In this document: positions 22,759 to 24,261 of the stretch, piece by piece
How positions within the stretch are numbered: the stretch's first letter is position 1
Layout: each line of letters opens with the position of its first letter
Source: a virus
Lineage: Duplodnaviria > Caudoviricetes
Length of the DNA stretch: 24,261 nt
Virus record (IMG/VR): IMGVR_UViG_3300046786_000770
Location: 1-24,261 of that record
Strand: one strand, 5' to 3'
Made by a program: the position numbers and the translations under genes
Notes under the pieces: generated by a model
Seen by the model: the letters and a program-made list of their open reading frames with translations, nothing else
The model's database searches: none
What the model was told of the DNA's origin: nothing

Positions 22759-22922
22759 TTTACTGCATCCATGATCTTTTTATTCGCCCCGCTCCATCCC
22801 GCAATACATTTTTCAAAGTTGTTTTTCCATGTGATACTGTTATCACTTAAAAAATCTCGTTGAATCATCGCGCCTAGCATGGTGAAACTGAATAACTGAG
22901 CTAAAAGTATAAACGTTTTCAT
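22755..22922 (-). CDS. 55-aa protein with hydrophobic N-terminus (not in ORF track)
   Basis: MKTFILLAQLFSFTMLGAMIQRDFLSDNSITWKNNFEKCIAGWSGANKKIMDAVK. ATGA overlaps at both ends. Confidence 0.7.
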   Translation of the reverse strand: MKTFILLAQLFSFTMLGAMIQRDFLSDNSITWKNNFEKCIAGWSGANKKIMDAVK

Positions 22923-23398
22923 CCTAAAATATCTTTCGCGCTCTCATCGGCTTCGATCTCTTTTTCCAAGTCATAACACGCAATTAAAAAATCTTTCATT
23001 TTCCGCGATAGTTTTTTAGATAGTGTGGCTTCAAGTGAAAAATGATTAAACCTCATCGGCGGGATTGCAAAAATATCGGTTTTGTTTCGTTCTTCGTTAA
23101 TGTGTGATGCCACTTTTCCCAGTCCGTAGCTTTTTAATTTTGCCAATGTTTCAGGGTATATTGTTTTAATCACCCCTACTCTGTTTTTGCCCCTATTGTC
23201 TTTTCTGAGATAGGGTTTTAAATTAACACCGTGTTTTTTCTCAATAACGTCAATGATCGGGGAGTATTTAAAAGGGATTGCCTGAACGTTATACATTTGA
23301 AAATTTGCGGGTGGTACTTCTACACCTTCCATTTTAAACATTAGTTTCAAAGCGGCAAGCCCGCCCAGTGGTTTCATGGTTTCTTTTAGTGTTTTCAT
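22919..23398 (-). CDS. Hypothetical basic protein
   Basis: 159 aa, ATGA-coupled on both sides. Confidence 0.65.
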   Translation of the reverse strand: MKTLKETMKPLGGLAALKLMFKMEGVEVPPANFQMYNVQAIPFKYSPIIDVIEKKHGVNLKPYLRKDNRGKNRVGVIKTIYPETLAKLKSYGLGKVASHINEERNKTDIFAIPPMRFNHFSLEATLSKKLSRKMKDFLIACYDLEKEIEADESAKDILG

Positions 23399-24261
23399 TT
23401 GAAAAACTCCTCAAATTTTTTACTGCCGTATTGGTCTTTTGTCATTTCGATGGCTTTTGCAATGCTTAGGGCTTTAGGTAATTTTTTACCTTCACAAAAG
23501 TTTTTAGTCCCTAAGCTACACGCGCCGGTTATCACTCGGTATGCCTCTATTATATCGTCAATTGGTTTAACATCATTTTTCTTCCACTTTCTAAAGTGTG
23601 AAGTGTCGCGGTTTGATATTTTATATCTTAAATCACCTATCGCATCTTTAATTGTTTTTCCGTGGGAGAATTTATCACCTTTTTTGACGACGTAAGACAT
23701 TGTATGTTTAAGAAAGTTTTCTTCAACTTCAAAAACTTCAATATCTTTTATTTTCTTTTGGCTAATCAACTTTTTAGTAAAACCATCGGCATGAACATAA
23801 CCTTGTTTTAACCATTCTTTAAAACTTCGCTCAATTTTTTCAGGCGTTTTAATAACGGTGGCAGTTTTTGATTTCCTACCTACTTTACCTGAAAACCCTC
23901 TGAAAGATGCAACCGAATAATCTAGTAATTTTTTAAGTATTACAGAAGATACCAAAACTGTAATCATTGAGAAATCATGCGCCACAACGCTTGAATTTTC
24001 CCGCGCCACAACGCTTGAATTTTCCCGCGCCTCAACGCTTGAATTTTCCCGCGCCTCAACGCTTGAATTTTCCCACGCCACAACGCTTGAATTTTCCCAC
24101 GCCTCAACGCTTGAATTTTTCAGCGCCACAACGCTTGAATTTTCCCGCGCCTCAACGCTTGAATTTCCCCGCGCCTCAACGCTTGAATTTTCCCACGCCA
24201 CAACGCTTGAATTTTCCCACGCCACAACGCTTGAATTTTCCCACGCCACAACGCTTGAATT
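23395..24261 (-). CDS. Octapeptide-repeat (probable beta-solenoid) protein with conserved phage C-terminal domain, 5' partial
   Basis: Frame is open to the window end. A(W/R)ENSSV(V/E) repeats, then a C-terminus SHGKTIKDA..DL.YK...YRVITGAC..GT..F...QYG...F..FF. Confidence 0.8.
   Translation of the reverse strand, partial: NSSVVAWENSSVVAWENSSVVAWENSSVEARGNSSVEARENSSVVALKNSSVEAWENSSVVAWENSSVEARENSSVEARENSSVVARENSSVVAHDFSMITVLVSSVILKKLLDYSVASFRGFSGKVGRKSKTATVIKTPEKIERSFKEWLKQGYVHADGFTKKLISQKKIKDIEVFEVEENFLKHTMSYVVKKGDKFSHGKTIKDAIGDLRYKISNRDTSHFRKWKKNDVKPIDDIIEAYRVITGACSLGTKNFCEGKKLPKALSIAKAIEMTKDQYGSKKFEEFFK
23981..24261. repeat. 24-bp coding tandem repeat, at least 11.7 copies, running off the window
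   Basis: Unit GCC(A/T)CAACGCTTGAATTTTCCC(A/G)C, head-to-tail with no spacers. Confidence 0.97.

Noticed and set aside
23981-24261. CRISPR array
   Set aside because: Units are head-to-tail with no unique spacers, and they keep an 8-aa reading frame.
23395-24261. Diversity-generating retroelement target
   Set aside because: No reverse transcriptase or separate template/variable repeat pair in the window. Variation is two-state rather than random.
1-24261. tRNA, rRNA, integrase, att site, intron, intein or recoded stop codons
   Set aside because: None recognised by eye. Genes are intact and tightly packed under the standard code, and the intergenic gaps are short and explained. A tRNAscan/Infernal run was not possible.

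Overview
A 24.3-kb fragment of a tailed dsDNA bacteriophage genome, probably podovirus-like and infecting a Gram-negative host, cut inside a gene at both ends. It has two convergent arms that meet near 10.7 kb. The plus-strand late arm (1-10718) holds a partial LPD38-type internal virion protein, a short T7 gp17-like tail adaptor, fibre-like and small proteins, holin-like membrane proteins, a spanin-like pair and a DUF5675-type endolysin. The minus-strand arm (10705-24261) holds small tightly coupled ORFs, a RuvC-like resolvase, an SNF2 helicase, a DUF2800 Cas4-like nuclease, a DUF2815 SSB, a family A DNA polymerase, a primase-helicase and a zinc metallopeptidase. It runs off the window inside a 24-bp coding tandem repeat. 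The most unusual feature is that five late-arm proteins, including both long tail-fibre-like proteins, carry classical cleavable Sec signal peptides. The tail adaptor has no signal peptide but shares a C-terminal domain with the largest exported fibre. Also notable are a sigma70 promoter that appears to drive a leaderless transcript of two membrane micropeptides antisense to the lysis genes, a perfect 28-bp palindrome, and several unannotated small ORFs. All family calls come from motif recognition by eye, not from database searches.
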